DNA from: Candidatus Nomurabacteria bacterium | GTDB taxonomy: Bacteria > Patescibacteriota > Minisyncoccia > Phycocordibacterales > SBAW01 | NCBI GenBank assembly: GCA_943349945.1 | Contig: CALQZS010000001.1 | Location: 130,803 to 194,802, forward strand | Length of the DNA: 64,000 nucleotides | Direction: 5' to 3' | Part shown: in pieces, positions 1-9,758 of the stretch | Layout: every line of letters begins with the position of its first letter | Position numbering within the stretch: position 1 is the stretch's first letter | Position numbers and translations under genes: made by a program | Notes under the pieces: generated by a model | What the model was told of the DNA's origin: nothing | The model's database searches: none | What the model saw: the letters and a program-made list of their open reading frames with translations, nothing else

Positions 1-483
1 CTTCCAGCTTACGGTCACCGTTACTGACTGCTCGTCCGTGTTGCTTGCTACAGAAGAAATAGTAACTTTGCGGGTAAAGATGGTTGGCTTAATCGTATCT
101 GTGGAGACCGTGGAGTCGTACGTGTACCAACTTTTTGTTTCGTTGTAGTTAAGTACAGGACACGTGCCGGTGCAAGCTACAATGGTATTTTCCCGAGAGT
201 CTACGCGGCAACCATCCGCCCCTGTGCATCCACCCATACCAGCCAAGTAGTCGAGATCTTTTAGTTTGTTAGTGTCGCGCACAAACCGCATATATTCCAC
301 TGCATCCTGCGCCAAGAAAAATGCGATGGTCTGGTCTTTAGCGATAAGTGCCGAGCTCATGGCCTTGGCCGCAATGGTCAAAGGCGCCGCCAAAGACACC
401 GCCAAAATAAGCACCGCGAGCAGTGTTTCAATAAGAGTGAATCCCCGTGCCGCACGCTCTGTATGTGTGTGATTAGAGATCAT
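1..483 (-). CDS. Prepilin-type minor pilin/pseudopilin; 3' end runs off the window
   Basis: Absent from the ORF track because there is no stop in the window. My reverse-complement translation from the ATG at 483..481 gives MISNHTHTERAARG|FTLIETLLAVLILAV... and stays open to position 1. The start overlaps the upstream stop by 11 nt. Confidence 0.8.
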   Translation of the reverse strand, partial: MISNHTHTERAARGFTLIETLLAVLILAVSLAAPLTIAAKAMSSALIAKDQTIAFFLAQDAVEYMRFVRDTNKLKDLDYLAGMGGCTGADGCRVDSRENTIVACTGTCPVLNYNETKSWYTYDSTVSTDTIKPTIFTRKVTISSVASNTDEQSVTVTVSWK

Positions 484-1078
484 AAATGCGTTGGGTCACA
501 CTTGTTTGTAAATTAAACCACGATCTTTGCGTCGACTTTATCACCACGTACGCCCGTACCAAAATAGTGACCTTGGGTTGCGTGGTGTCAGCCGACGCCG
601 CTTGCTTGGGCTCTGCACCGGTTACATAAAAGCTCAAGTTCTCGACCACAATGTCCGGAGCCGTCAGCGGCAAAAACACCGACGATGCACAGTTGGTACT
701 GAGCGACCCCGGAACACCTGCCTGTATCACTTGCCGCTTTATCGCCCCATCATCAAAACAGTAGGCAACCTTGGCACCATCTGCCGCAACAAACGCTATG
801 TAGGTACCCGGCGTGGTGCCGCTTGCCCCACCCGCACCACAGTCTTTGGGTGTCGCCAGGGTACCTCCGGTGGTGCAGTGGTAGTTAGTGCCGGTGCGCA
901 GTGCGCGCGACATACTGTCGAGCGCGAAGCTCACGTTGTTTATAGATGCATTCAGCAAGTCGGCTTTGCGATTTGCTTCAGAGAGCGAGAGTAGGGCGCC
1001 CAGTGCAATAACCATCACCACAGTAAACACTGCGGTCGACACCAAAAGTTCTATCAAAGTAAATCCGCGTTTTATCAT
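473..1078 (-). CDS. Prepilin-type N-terminal cleavage/methylation domain protein (minor pilin)
   Basis: N-terminus MIKRG|[18 protein letters not shown] is a class III signal peptide; the gene sits in the pilus operon. Confidence 0.85.
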   Translation of the reverse strand: MIKRGFTLIELLVSTAVFTVVMVIALGALLSLSEANRKADLLNASINNVSFALDSMSRALRTGTNYHCTTGGTLATPKDCGAGGASGTTPGTYIAFVAADGAKVAYCFDDGAIKRQVIQAGVPGSLSTNCASSVFLPLTAPDIVVENLSFYVTGAEPKQAASADTTQPKVTILVRAYVVIKSTQRSWFNLQTSVTQRIYDL

Positions 1079-1722
1079 ATAGGGTCGGTATTAGGCGCCA
1101 ACACACTCACCTGGCCTGTTGCATACACAAGTACGTTGCGGTAGGTGCCTTCATTGGAGCGTATCTGAATATATGCGCTTGCATACAACTCGCCAGGGAA
1201 TGCGCTTCCTCCTGCATTGAGCAGCAAAAACTGTGCATCAGGATTGGGACGTTTAAACAAAATCTGGAGCGACCCCACAGCACTGTCACCCGGCGAGCAG
1301 TGGTAGTTTGAGGCAAGTCGAGCGCACAACTTGCTGATGCGGTAGTTGTTGCCCAACGAAAATACTTTTATCTCTTCGCCCGCATCGTATCTGCCGTTTA
1401 CGGGAGCTTGGTCGGCAAACAGTGTGTAGTAGTCATTATCAGTTGCAGAAAAATGTACGCCGTATGCAGGGGCAAACGCGGTGTCGCTTGCGCCGGTACC
1501 CAGCACACTAGTGCCGTACACTTGCGCTTGCCGCACCGACAACGCGGTGCTGTAGGCCAAGCTGCGCAAAATGGTGGCACTATCAAACCGCGACTGCTGG
1601 AACAAAAACACCGCAGTCAAAATCATAATGATTGCCGCGACCACAAGCATCTCTATCAAGGTGAATCCGGCACAGACGGCGCGTTTACCAAAGAAGCGAG
1701 ATTGTTGAGAAGAAATTAACAT
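1075..1722 (-). CDS. Prepilin-type minor pilin; shortened from the 334-aa track ORF
   Basis: The internal start at 1722 gives MLISSQQSRFFGKRAVCAG|FTLIEMLVVAAIIM. The longer N-terminal extension overlaps pilD in another frame and is Cys/Arg-rich nonsense. Confidence 0.8.
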   Translation of the reverse strand: MLISSQQSRFFGKRAVCAGFTLIEMLVVAAIIMILTAVFLFQQSRFDSATILRSLAYSTALSVRQAQVYGTSVLGTGASDTAFAPAYGVHFSATDNDYYTLFADQAPVNGRYDAGEEIKVFSLGNNYRISKLCARLASNYHCSPGDSAVGSLQILFKRPNPDAQFLLLNAGGSAFPGELYASAYIQIRSNEGTYRNVLVYATGQVSVLAPNTDPI

Positions 1723-2503
1723 TGAAAAAATATACGAGCGCCGCACCAGCAGCCAAGAACGGTGCAAACGGTATCTCGCTCTTAATTGTAAGCTGCCCGC
1801 CAGGCAAATGAAAGGCTTTTTGTAGCCACACTGTGGAAGAGTGTTTGCTCTGTGCCAAACGCTGCAACGCCATGAGTAACAGTCCAGCAGCAGCCCCAAA
1901 CCACACCGCAAGCATGAGCGCAGTGAGCCCCATAGACAACCCAAGCAGCCAGCCCAAAGACAATTCAAACGCACTGTCCCCCCACCCCATCCACGTGCCG
2001 CGCGATACCAGCGAAAGCAGGAACAGGGGCAAAGCCAACAAAGGCCCGGCAAGCAGCGCCCACATGTCCGGCGCACCACCTACAAACAAAGACACGAACG
2101 CGACACCCATAAGCGTGAGCGAGAAGGTCCACGGTATTATGGTGTGCCGCAAATCATACACGCCAATAAACAGTATGGTGAGCCACGCAAACAAGAACAG
2201 CGTGTACAACCCTGGAGTCGGCGAGACGAAGTACACACCAACAGACAGTAGTGCGGCACACACTTCAACAAGCGGGTACTGAGGCGACAACTTTGCCCCG
2301 CAGTAGCGGCACTTGCCGCCAAGCCACACATACGAGAGCACCGGCACCAAGTCTTTGGCTGCAAGCGTATGCCCACAGCACATACACCGAGACCGTCCGC
2401 CCATGCCGCGGCCCGTGTTAAAGCGGAAAGACAGGGCGTTTAAAAAACTCCCCAGTATGGCGCCAAGTACCGCTGCCGCCACTACCAACAATGGGTCATG
2501 CAT
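1685..2503 (-). CDS. pilD: Prepilin peptidase (A24 family)
   Basis: Two Cys pairs (CMCCGH...CRYCG) lie near the N-terminus, followed by a polytopic membrane body typical of PilD. Confidence 0.9.
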   Translation of the reverse strand: MHDPLLVVAAAVLGAILGSFLNALSFRFNTGRGMGGRSRCMCCGHTLAAKDLVPVLSYVWLGGKCRYCGAKLSPQYPLVEVCAALLSVGVYFVSPTPGLYTLFLFAWLTILFIGVYDLRHTIIPWTFSLTLMGVAFVSLFVGGAPDMWALLAGPLLALPLFLLSLVSRGTWMGWGDSAFELSLGWLLGLSMGLTALMLAVWFGAAAGLLLMALQRLAQSKHSSTVWLQKAFHLPGGQLTIKSEIPFAPFLAAGAALVYFFNVNFFSTISLLW

Positions 2504-2511
2504 ACTAGTGG

Positions 2512-3114
2512 CTAGTTGGTTACGTCGTAGCAGGTCTCGGGATTAGTGGTGCCTGGTGCTGCTGCGCCCGCAGCACCCGAACACATCTTAGGCGTAGCGG
2601 TGTAGCTCAAGCCAGAAAAGTCGCTGTTTACGCTAGTCGAGCATTGCGAGTATGCAACACCGCCCACGGTTGGGTTTGCAGCCTGGTCGGCATCTTGCAG
2701 GAGACTCGCATTGTTAGACAACTCAAGCGAGGCGCCAAGGTGGTACCTGTCGGACAAAGAACAAGAGCCCCCCGCAGGAGAAAGCGCCGCATATATATAG
2801 CAACTTACTTGTGTACCGCTGGTACAAGCGGCACTACTGTTTGGGTCGCTAGGTACTGTAGCTAGATATACTGATGTTTTGTTGAGCGAGCCGTTGGCCG
2901 TGCCATATACGCTAGTTGGGTACGACAAGTTGTCGCTATAGTACGTCTCGAGCGCAAGCTGAATTGTTTTCACATCCACAATACGTCGCGCGTCGCGCGC
3001 CTTTTGTCGTGCAGTCACCAAAGACACCATCACCACCGAAGACAAGATGCCGATAATAGCAATTACCACCAGGAGCTCTATAAGAGTAAAACCTCTTTGC
3101 TTTTTTATACGCAT
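2512..3114 (-). CDS. Type IV pilin (PilA-like)
   Basis: The internal start gives MRIKKQRG|[20 protein letters not shown]; the C-terminal region is Cys-containing. Confidence 0.85.
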   Translation of the reverse strand: MRIKKQRGFTLIELLVVIAIIGILSSVVMVSLVTARQKARDARRIVDVKTIQLALETYYSDNLSYPTSVYGTANGSLNKTSVYLATVPSDPNSSAACTSGTQVSCYIYAALSPAGGSCSLSDRYHLGASLELSNNASLLQDADQAANPTVGGVAYSQCSTSVNSDFSGLSYTATPKMCSGAAGAAAPGTTNPETCYDVTN

Positions 3115-3195
3115 ATACATACCCACAAGTATACCCCCAAAATCAAAATCCCCACCGCAAGGGTGGGGATTTTGCATACACAAGAGTGCGAGTGC

Positions 3196-3723
3196 TTAGC
3201 AGCCAGCAACTACGCTGCCGCCAGTGCCGCTACTGACATGTACTGAGCCAAAAGTTGCTGCAGTACCTCCGTAAGTAACGTTACCTGCCTCTAGCACTGT
3301 GCAGATTTTGTAGTTTTGGGTTGTTGCACCTGCTGCAGGCGCTGCACCTACCGCTGTGTCTGTACCTATAACGTACTGACATGCTGCTGATGCAACTGCG
3401 CTACTTGCCGCTGGTGCACATGCTGTACCTGCTGTACCTACTGTTGGGTCTCCATATGCAGAGAAGCTTACAGGACTTGGGCCAGTACAGGTGTTTGCTT
3501 TTGCACTTGCGCCTGTGCAGGTTGCCAAGGCAACTGCGGGGTCAGTGTCGGCAAGCTGTATTGCCTTTGCCATTTCTTTAAGTGACGAGACGCGTTCTGC
3601 ATCACGTGCCTTGCCGCGAGCACTATTAAGAGAAACCAGCACAATAGATGCCAAGATACCGATGATGGCGATAACCACCAAGAGTTCTATAAGGGTGAAA
3701 CCTTTCGTAAACGTTTTGCGCAT
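3196..3723 (-). CDS. Type IV pilin (PilA-like)
   Basis: N-terminus MRKTFTKG|[22 protein letters not shown]; the C-terminal part is Ala/Gly/Thr-rich with Cys pairs. Confidence 0.85.
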   Translation of the reverse strand: MRKTFTKGFTLIELLVVIAIIGILASIVLVSLNSARGKARDAERVSSLKEMAKAIQLADTDPAVALATCTGASAKANTCTGPSPVSFSAYGDPTVGTAGTACAPAASSAVASAACQYVIGTDTAVGAAPAAGATTQNYKICTVLEAGNVTYGGTAATFGSVHVSSGTGGSVVAGC

Positions 3724-3826
3724 AGAAATCTTCTATTTATTAATAATCTGCCATTAATAGTGACTCGCAGATATGCCGTAAGTATATCCTACCCCGCTTT
3801 GCCGCCAGGCCGCTTGTGTGGATAAG

Positions 3827-3872
3827 CCCACCCGCGGGTTAAACCCGCAGGTGGAATGTGTGGTGTAATATA
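3827..3872 (+). repeat. REP-like 46-nt repeat, copy 1 (hairpin plus AATGTGTGGTGTAATATA tail)
   Basis: Sequence cccacccgcgggttaaacccgcaggtggaatgtgtggtgtaatata. Hairpin CCACCCGCGGG/CCCGCAGGTGG. It matches the copy at 4572-4617 at 43/46 positions. Confidence 0.85.
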
Positions 3873-3875
3873 CTT

Positions 3876-4556
3876 ATGTCAAATCGGGCACCCATAGCCA
3901 CGGGCGAGTGGTACCATTGCTACACTCGCGGAGTGGACAAGCGTATCGTCTTTGAAACCCGATCTGACTATGAGCGTTTCTTGGCATACCTTTATATAGG
4001 AAACGGTACCAACCTGCTCCGTCTTTCAAACATACAAGACAAGCGTTTGGTGTCCGTACTCACCAATACACGTCTGCAGCGCGGAGAGCCCTTGGTCGAC
4101 ATAGGCGCATACACCCTTATGCCTAATCATGCGCATTTTATATTACGACAAACACACGACCAGGGCATCGCCACCTTTATGCAGCGAGTTTTTACTGGAT
4201 ATACACAATACTTCAACAACAAACACGAACGGACGGGAGCGCTCTTTTCAGGAACATACAAGTCGAAACACATACTGGACGACCGCTATCTAAAGCAAGT
4301 AACTGCCTATGTATTGCTAAACCCGGTGGAATTATTTGAACCCGCATGGAAAGAAGGAGTGGGCAACTTGAACCACATCGAAAAACAGGTTCGCACCTAT
4401 CCTTATTCTAGTCTCGTTGATTTTTATGGGTCACAGCGCCCAGAAAGCAGTATCACGACAAACACGCTGCACGCGTACTATGATCAGCGTCCTAGCCTTA
4501 CAGACATGCTTGCGGACGCGCAGGCATTTTATAGAGAACACGAGCCTAAAGCTTGA
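3876..4556 (+). mobile_element. IS200/IS605-like Y1 (HUH) transposase of the REP-associated (RAYT) type
   Basis: HUH motif LMPNHAHFIL and catalytic-Tyr region GALFSGTYKSK. Flanked by 46-nt direct repeats. The ATG at 3876 is preferred to the GTG at 3858, which lies inside the repeat. Confidence 0.8.
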
Positions 4557-4571
4557 AACACCGCCCGCTCC

Positions 4572-4617
4572 CCCACCTGCGGGTTAAACCAGCAGGTGAA
4601 ATGTGTGGTGTAATATA
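4572..4617 (+). repeat. REP-like 46-nt repeat, copy 2
   Basis: Sequence cccacctgcgggttaaaccagcaggtgaaatgtgtggtgtaatata, in the same orientation as copy 1. Confidence 0.85.
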
Positions 4618-4655
4618 TTTTGAGAAGTAAAAAGGGAGGGGTTGTTTGTGTTGTG

Positions 4656-5870
4656 CTAGATGCTGGTGGTGCTGCTGTAGATAGGGAGCAAGACTGCCGC
4701 CAACAAAAAGCCCACACCCACCGCAAGCGCCACAATAAGCACAGGTTCGATGAGCGACACCAAAGTGTCGACCGCTGCATTTACCTCGCGGTTATAGAAC
4801 TTGGCCATACGCTCCAAAATGTTGCCCAACTCGCCTGTTTCTTCACCGATCTGGAGCATCTGCACCATAATGGCTGGTATTTCGTCTGGATATTGCGCAA
4901 GCGTCTGCGACATAGGACTACCGGCCTTCACTCCTTCGAGCGCTTCGAGCAAAATGGTTTGGTAGACTGCGTTTTCTATAACTGACGAAGTGATTTCGAG
5001 TGAGCGTACTGCCGATATACCGGAAGACAACATCACATGCATGTTGTCTGCAAAGCGAGACAGGTAGAGTTTTTGGTAGAGTGTGCCCACGTACGGAATA
5101 GAGAGCTTTGCACGCGCCATACTAAGTCGTCCACGCGGCGTCTGGCTGTAGCGATACAAAAAGTATCCGCCGATAATAAGCGCCACGAACAAGAATATGC
5201 CATAGTCGGTCAAAAACGCACTAAAGCCAAGTATGACTTTGGTGTATACGGGCAACTCCTGCCCACTTTCCGACAAAATAGAACCTATTTTTGGAATAAC
5301 CACCGTAAGCATCAGCGTCATCACCGCAAAGAAAGTAAAGAGAATGAACGCCGGGTAGATGAGCGCATTGCGAGCCTTGGAAGTCAGCTCGTAGGAGCGG
5401 TCTATGTAGTCGGCCAAAAATTGGAAGGTCTGGTCGAGCTTGCCGGACTCCTCGCCTGCACGAACCATGTTGACATAAAAGTCAGAAAAAACTTTAGGGT
5501 GCTTTACCAGCGCTTTGGAGATGCTGTTACCCGCCTGCAAGTCGTCGCTTATTTCGGTAAGAACCGTGCGCAAGTAGGGCTTTTCTGCCTGCTCGGCCAA
5601 CAAACGGAAAATACGCAGTGCAGAAACTTGCGCCTCGAACAAGGTCGCCAACTGGCGAGAAAGGAGCACCACATCGCGGCCAGTTACGCCGCCAAAAAAT
5701 GGCAGCTGCACGGTCAAACCATGTAGTCCTTTTGGCGCATCGCTGGTGAGCGCCGTGATGGTAAATCCTTTGCGCTGCAGCGACTCAATAGCCGCGTCTT
5801 GTGTGGCAGCGTTTACTACACCGGCTTGTGCCTTTCCTGCTTGGTCGAGTGCTTCGTATTTAAATTCCAT
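4656..5870 (-). CDS. pilC: Type IV pilus platform protein (GspF/PilC family)
   Basis: 404-aa polytopic protein with the duplicated GspF-type architecture, next to the pilT/pilB ATPases. Confidence 0.9.
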   Translation of the reverse strand: MEFKYEALDQAGKAQAGVVNAATQDAAIESLQRKGFTITALTSDAPKGLHGLTVQLPFFGGVTGRDVVLLSRQLATLFEAQVSALRIFRLLAEQAEKPYLRTVLTEISDDLQAGNSISKALVKHPKVFSDFYVNMVRAGEESGKLDQTFQFLADYIDRSYELTSKARNALIYPAFILFTFFAVMTLMLTVVIPKIGSILSESGQELPVYTKVILGFSAFLTDYGIFLFVALIIGGYFLYRYSQTPRGRLSMARAKLSIPYVGTLYQKLYLSRFADNMHVMLSSGISAVRSLEITSSVIENAVYQTILLEALEGVKAGSPMSQTLAQYPDEIPAIMVQMLQIGEETGELGNILERMAKFYNREVNAAVDTLVSLIEPVLIVALAVGVGFLLAAVLLPIYSSTTSI

Positions 5871-5907
5871 AAATCTGTGCTAAGTGAGTGAAATAAACAT
5901 GCTTCGA

Positions 5908-6975
5908 TTATAACAGCCGCTCAAGGGTCTTTGGATTCCAACTAAGGTTGTATGCGCTCTCGACTGTTATCTCGCCTGCACGCACAAGTTCTGCAAGAGA
6001 GCGGTTCATGTCTATCATACCCTCTTCGGCACCGGTCTCTATCACCGTCTGGAGTTCGTGCGTGCGCTTTTCTCGGATAAGGTTGGCGACTGCGTTGTTG
6101 TTTATAAGCAGCTCGCACGCAGGCACCAGCCCGCCAGAAATGCGCGGCACCAAACGCTGCGAAAAGATACCTGCCAACGACCCCGCCAGCTGGATACGAA
6201 TTTGGTCTTGTTGCCCCGCGGGGAACGAGTCGATGATGCGGTCGATGGTTTGTGCTGCGTTGTTGGTGTGGAGTGTTGAAAACACCAAGTGCCCCGTCTC
6301 GGCGGCAGTTACGGCTGTGGCCATGGTCTCGGGCGTGCGCATCTCACCTATCATCAACACGTTTGCATCCTGACGAAACACCGAGCGCAGCGCCGAGTCA
6401 AAGTCGGCCGTGTCCACACGAACCTCGCGCTGGTCTATGAGTGACTTTTTATTTTCGAACAAGTATTCAATAGGGTCTTCTATGGTGACAATATGCTCGG
6501 TACGTTCGGTGTTTATCTTCTCGAGCAATGCAGCAAGTGTCGTAGTTTTACCCATACCCACCGGCCCCACCACCAAAAAGAACCCCTGTTTGCGTGACGC
6601 AAACGTCTCCAAAATTGGAGGCAACCCAAGCTCGCTGAGCGAGCGTATTACCTTGGGGATAAGACGCAGCGCCACGGCGACGTGCCCGCGCTCGACAAAC
6701 CCGTTGCCACGGAAGCGCGTTTTTTCTTGGTGCGAGTAGGAAAAGTCTATTTCTTGTGTCTCTAAAAAGCGTTTTTTGTGCTCGGGGCTCAACATCTCCG
6801 ATAACAGGCCGATAATTTCGTCGTTCGTTAAGACCGACTCAGACAAAATAGGTGTCAGCGCACCCGACACACGTATGATGGGTTGTGCACCCACAGACAA
6901 GTGCAAGTCCGAAGCACCTTGCGCGACCAACAAATCAACCAACTCTGCTACTTTCTTTTTAAAATCAGTTATCAT
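5908..6975 (-). CDS. pilT: Twitching motility retraction ATPase
   Basis: 355 aa with Walker A GPVGMGKTTT, and TIEDPIEY and STLHTN motifs typical of PilT. Confidence 0.9.
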   Translation of the reverse strand: MITDFKKKVAELVDLLVAQGASDLHLSVGAQPIIRVSGALTPILSESVLTNDEIIGLLSEMLSPEHKKRFLETQEIDFSYSHQEKTRFRGNGFVERGHVAVALRLIPKVIRSLSELGLPPILETFASRKQGFFLVVGPVGMGKTTTLAALLEKINTERTEHIVTIEDPIEYLFENKKSLIDQREVRVDTADFDSALRSVFRQDANVLMIGEMRTPETMATAVTAAETGHLVFSTLHTNNAAQTIDRIIDSFPAGQQDQIRIQLAGSLAGIFSQRLVPRISGGLVPACELLINNNAVANLIREKRTHELQTVIETGAEEGMIDMNRSLAELVRAGEITVESAYNLSWNPKTLERLL

Positions 6976-8846
6976 ACTTGGACTTCTTTTACATTTTCAT
7001 CAGGGATATCTTCTTCTCTTAGTGCTTCTGGCTTGGCGACAGGTTGTTCCAGTGGCGGAGCTTCATCTGCCAAGTCGTACTCGCCGCCGAGTGTGTTCAC
7101 TTCTTCAAACGGAATAACCCCTTTGGCTGATTTTATAATAGCATCTTCTTTCATTGTAAACATGCCACTTTTGCGCACTGTTGCGAACATCTCTTCTTCG
7201 GGTTTGTTGGCAAGTATGGCACGCTCAAGTTCTGGATTCATCTCAAATGCCTCAAACACCGCAATACGGCCCTTGGTACCCGTTGGGCAGTCGGCTGTAG
7301 GGTTTAGGCGATACACTTCGTCTAGTGGAGGAATATTTTTTTCGTATGCAGGAGGTAAGTCGGCAAACTCTTTTTTAAACATCTCTTGCATACTGGCATC
7401 GACCTTCATCTTTTTGCCACCGCCCGGGCACAAGGTGCGCACCAAACGCTGCGCCATGCCCAAAATAAGCACCGGAGGTATAAGGTAGGGCTCGATACCC
7501 ATGTCGAGCAAGCGAGGCACAATACCCACAGCGTTGTTGGTGTGGATGGTAGACAACACAAGGTGGCCGGTGAGCGCGGCTTGCACAGCCAAGTCTGCTG
7601 TCTCACTGTCGCGGATCTCGCCGACCATGATGATGTTTGGGTCTTGGCGGAGTGTAGTGCGGAGCCCTGTGGCAAACGTGTAGCCAATTTCGGGCCGCAC
7701 CTGACTTTGCGACACGCCGGGTATGGTGTATTCCACCGGGTCTTCAAGCGACAGCACGTTCTGCCTTTCTCGGTCTATCTCGTTCAAAATCGCATAGAGT
7801 GTGGTGGATTTACCCGAACCGGTTGGCCCCGACACCAGCACGAGCCCGTAGGGTTTTTTAATTGCTGCGCGTATAAGCGCCAAGTCGCGGTCAGAAAACC
7901 CAAGACTGTCCAACCGCAGGTCCTTTGCGGCCGAACCCAAAATACGCATCACCACCTTTTCGCCATAGTACGTGGGGAATGTGGATACACGGAAGTCTAC
8001 TTTGTTGCCGCCCACCCGGGCAGAAAAGCGGCCGTCTTGCGGTTTGCGTTTTTCGTCGAGTCGCATGTTGGAAAGCACCTTAATACGTGCCACCACCGAG
8101 CTGTGTACCTTGGACGGCAAGGTGATGTTGACTATGAGCACACCGTCGATACGAAACCGCACCCGTGTTTGGTCGACCATAGGCTCAATGTGGATGTCGG
8201 ACGCGCGCTGCTCGGCAGCATGGCGCAGCACCGTAGCCACAATCTTGGTTACCGGTGCGTCTTCGGTAATAGCGGCAGCTTCGGTGTCGGTTATCTGGTC
8301 TTCTTCGACCGATATGTTGCGTTTGTCATTCTTTCCCAGCTTCTTAGCGTCTACTCCTATTTCTGTCTCTAGCTCGCTCAGTGCTTTGCCCACTTCGCCC
8401 GAGAGACCTTTGTACTGTGTGAGCAGTTTTTCGAAGTCGGTTTCGTTTATCAAAAAAACTTTGTACGGCATGCCCACCTTGGCCGAAATAAAAGACAAGG
8501 CGTCCCGCGCCTCCAAGTTGTCTGGGTCGGTGACCCCAACCTCAAGCACGCCGTCGGCGAGCCCCAAAGGGGCGAGCCTGTAGTGCCGCGCCGACTCCTC
8601 GGGTATGTAGCCCAAAATATCAAACGGCACCGACCTGTCGCCCAACTCGCGCGTCGGCACACCAAAATAGTCTCCCTTGGCTTTAAGCAGCGCCGCCGGG
8701 GTAATACCCGCAGTTTCAAGCGCCAACTCTGTCTTAGCCGGAGAGTCCCCTGCCGCGGTTTTTGACTTACTTAAAGTGGCGCGCAGCTCGGTAGCCCGAG
8801 CTTTGTCCACGACGCCGCCTTCTTCCAAAACAGTTACCAGATCCAT
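6972..8846 (-). CDS. pilB: Type IV pilus assembly ATPase (GspE/PilB)
   Basis: 624 aa with Walker A GPTGSGKSTT, and SLEDPVEY and LSTIHTN motifs. Its stop overlaps the pilT start by 4 nt. Confidence 0.9.
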   Translation of the reverse strand: MDLVTVLEEGGVVDKARATELRATLSKSKTAAGDSPAKTELALETAGITPAALLKAKGDYFGVPTRELGDRSVPFDILGYIPEESARHYRLAPLGLADGVLEVGVTDPDNLEARDALSFISAKVGMPYKVFLINETDFEKLLTQYKGLSGEVGKALSELETEIGVDAKKLGKNDKRNISVEEDQITDTEAAAITEDAPVTKIVATVLRHAAEQRASDIHIEPMVDQTRVRFRIDGVLIVNITLPSKVHSSVVARIKVLSNMRLDEKRKPQDGRFSARVGGNKVDFRVSTFPTYYGEKVVMRILGSAAKDLRLDSLGFSDRDLALIRAAIKKPYGLVLVSGPTGSGKSTTLYAILNEIDRERQNVLSLEDPVEYTIPGVSQSQVRPEIGYTFATGLRTTLRQDPNIIMVGEIRDSETADLAVQAALTGHLVLSTIHTNNAVGIVPRLLDMGIEPYLIPPVLILGMAQRLVRTLCPGGGKKMKVDASMQEMFKKEFADLPPAYEKNIPPLDEVYRLNPTADCPTGTKGRIAVFEAFEMNPELERAILANKPEEEMFATVRKSGMFTMKEDAIIKSAKGVIPFEEVNTLGGEYDLADEAPPLEQPVAKPEALREEDIPDENVKEVQV

Positions 8847-8852
8847 AGGCGG

Positions 8853-9197
8853 CTAGTAGGCGTTAAGTGGCCGTATTGAAGAATTTGTTGGACCAACTGC
8901 CGTGTACGGCAAGAATGGATTTCGACGACCAATAGGCTCTTGCGGGATAACTACACCAAAGTCGCTCAAAGACATAAAGATTGGGTCTCTAAAAATGGCA
9001 TCATTGAGCTCTATAGAGCGCAAGTTCGACAGTGTAACCAGCAGCTCTTGCGTAACCGGTGATGCTCCGGTTACATCTGTCTCGGTCAAAAGCGAGTCTG
9101 TGCTGCTTGCGGCAAATACAAAGTAGTAGAGCAACACCCCAAGCCCCAGCACCGCTGCGCCTGAAAGTAGTTTGTTTTGTTTGATAAAATCAATCAT
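8853..9197 (-). CDS. Hypothetical single-TM protein in the pilus operon
   Basis: N-terminal TM segment (LLSGAAVLGLGVLLYYFVFAA). It sits between the pilO-like gene and pilB. I recognise no motif. Confidence 0.5.
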   Translation of the reverse strand: MIDFIKQNKLLSGAAVLGLGVLLYYFVFAASSTDSLLTETDVTGASPVTQELLVTLSNLRSIELNDAIFRDPIFMSLSDFGVVIPQEPIGRRNPFLPYTAVGPTNSSIRPLNAY

Positions 9198-9200
9198 ATA

Positions 9201-9752
9201 TTACTGTAGCCAATAGGTACGGATAGTAAATTCATAGCTATTGCGTATAGCGCTCTCTGCACTAAAGTTTACCTCTATCACATCCACGATGCGCAAACTG
9301 TGCTCGAGGTCTTGCAAAAATGCCAGGTAACCGTCGTAGTCTGCAAGCAAGGTAAAGCCCACTTCCACCGAGCCAATTGGATCCCCTGAAGATCCAACGG
9401 CGCCGTCTGCACGCGGTGCGCTGCGGTCTGATATCTCGCCAAGCGACACGTCGGTCAAGGTTAGGTTGTGTCGCACGGCAATGTTGTTGATGTCTATGAT
9501 GAGTCGGATGTTGTCGACGTTGTCGGGCAGCATGCGTTCAAGCTTGACCACATCGCTGTTGGCAAAGGCATTACGCTTTTGGAGCAAGGTGTCACGTACC
9601 GTCCGCAGCTCTTGCGCTTTGACCAGCGCGTCTTCATACGCGTCCGCCTGCACCGCCAAAGGCTGTGTGCTTTTGTACACCGGGTTGGTATACATCACAA
9701 AGAGGCCTATAGCGGCTATGACGAGTATGAGAGGTATAAAAAATCGTGCCAT
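9201..9752 (-). CDS. pilO: PilO-like pilus assembly protein
   Basis: N-terminal TM segment, then a coiled-coil and a C-terminal ferredoxin-like region. The call also rests on operon position after pilM and the pilN-like gene. Confidence 0.6.
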   Translation of the reverse strand: MARFFIPLILVIAAIGLFVMYTNPVYKSTQPLAVQADAYEDALVKAQELRTVRDTLLQKRNAFANSDVVKLERMLPDNVDNIRLIIDINNIAVRHNLTLTDVSLGEISDRSAPRADGAVGSSGDPIGSVEVGFTLLADYDGYLAFLQDLEHSLRIVDVIEVNFSAESAIRNSYEFTIRTYWLQ

Positions 9753-9758
9753 ATAATT

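Noticed and set aside
1723-2079. The N-terminal 119 aa of the 334-aa track ORF 1075..2079.
   Set aside because: It overlaps pilD in another frame and is Cys/Arg/Trp-rich with no protein-like pattern.

The internal Met at 1722 gives a canonical prepilin leader.
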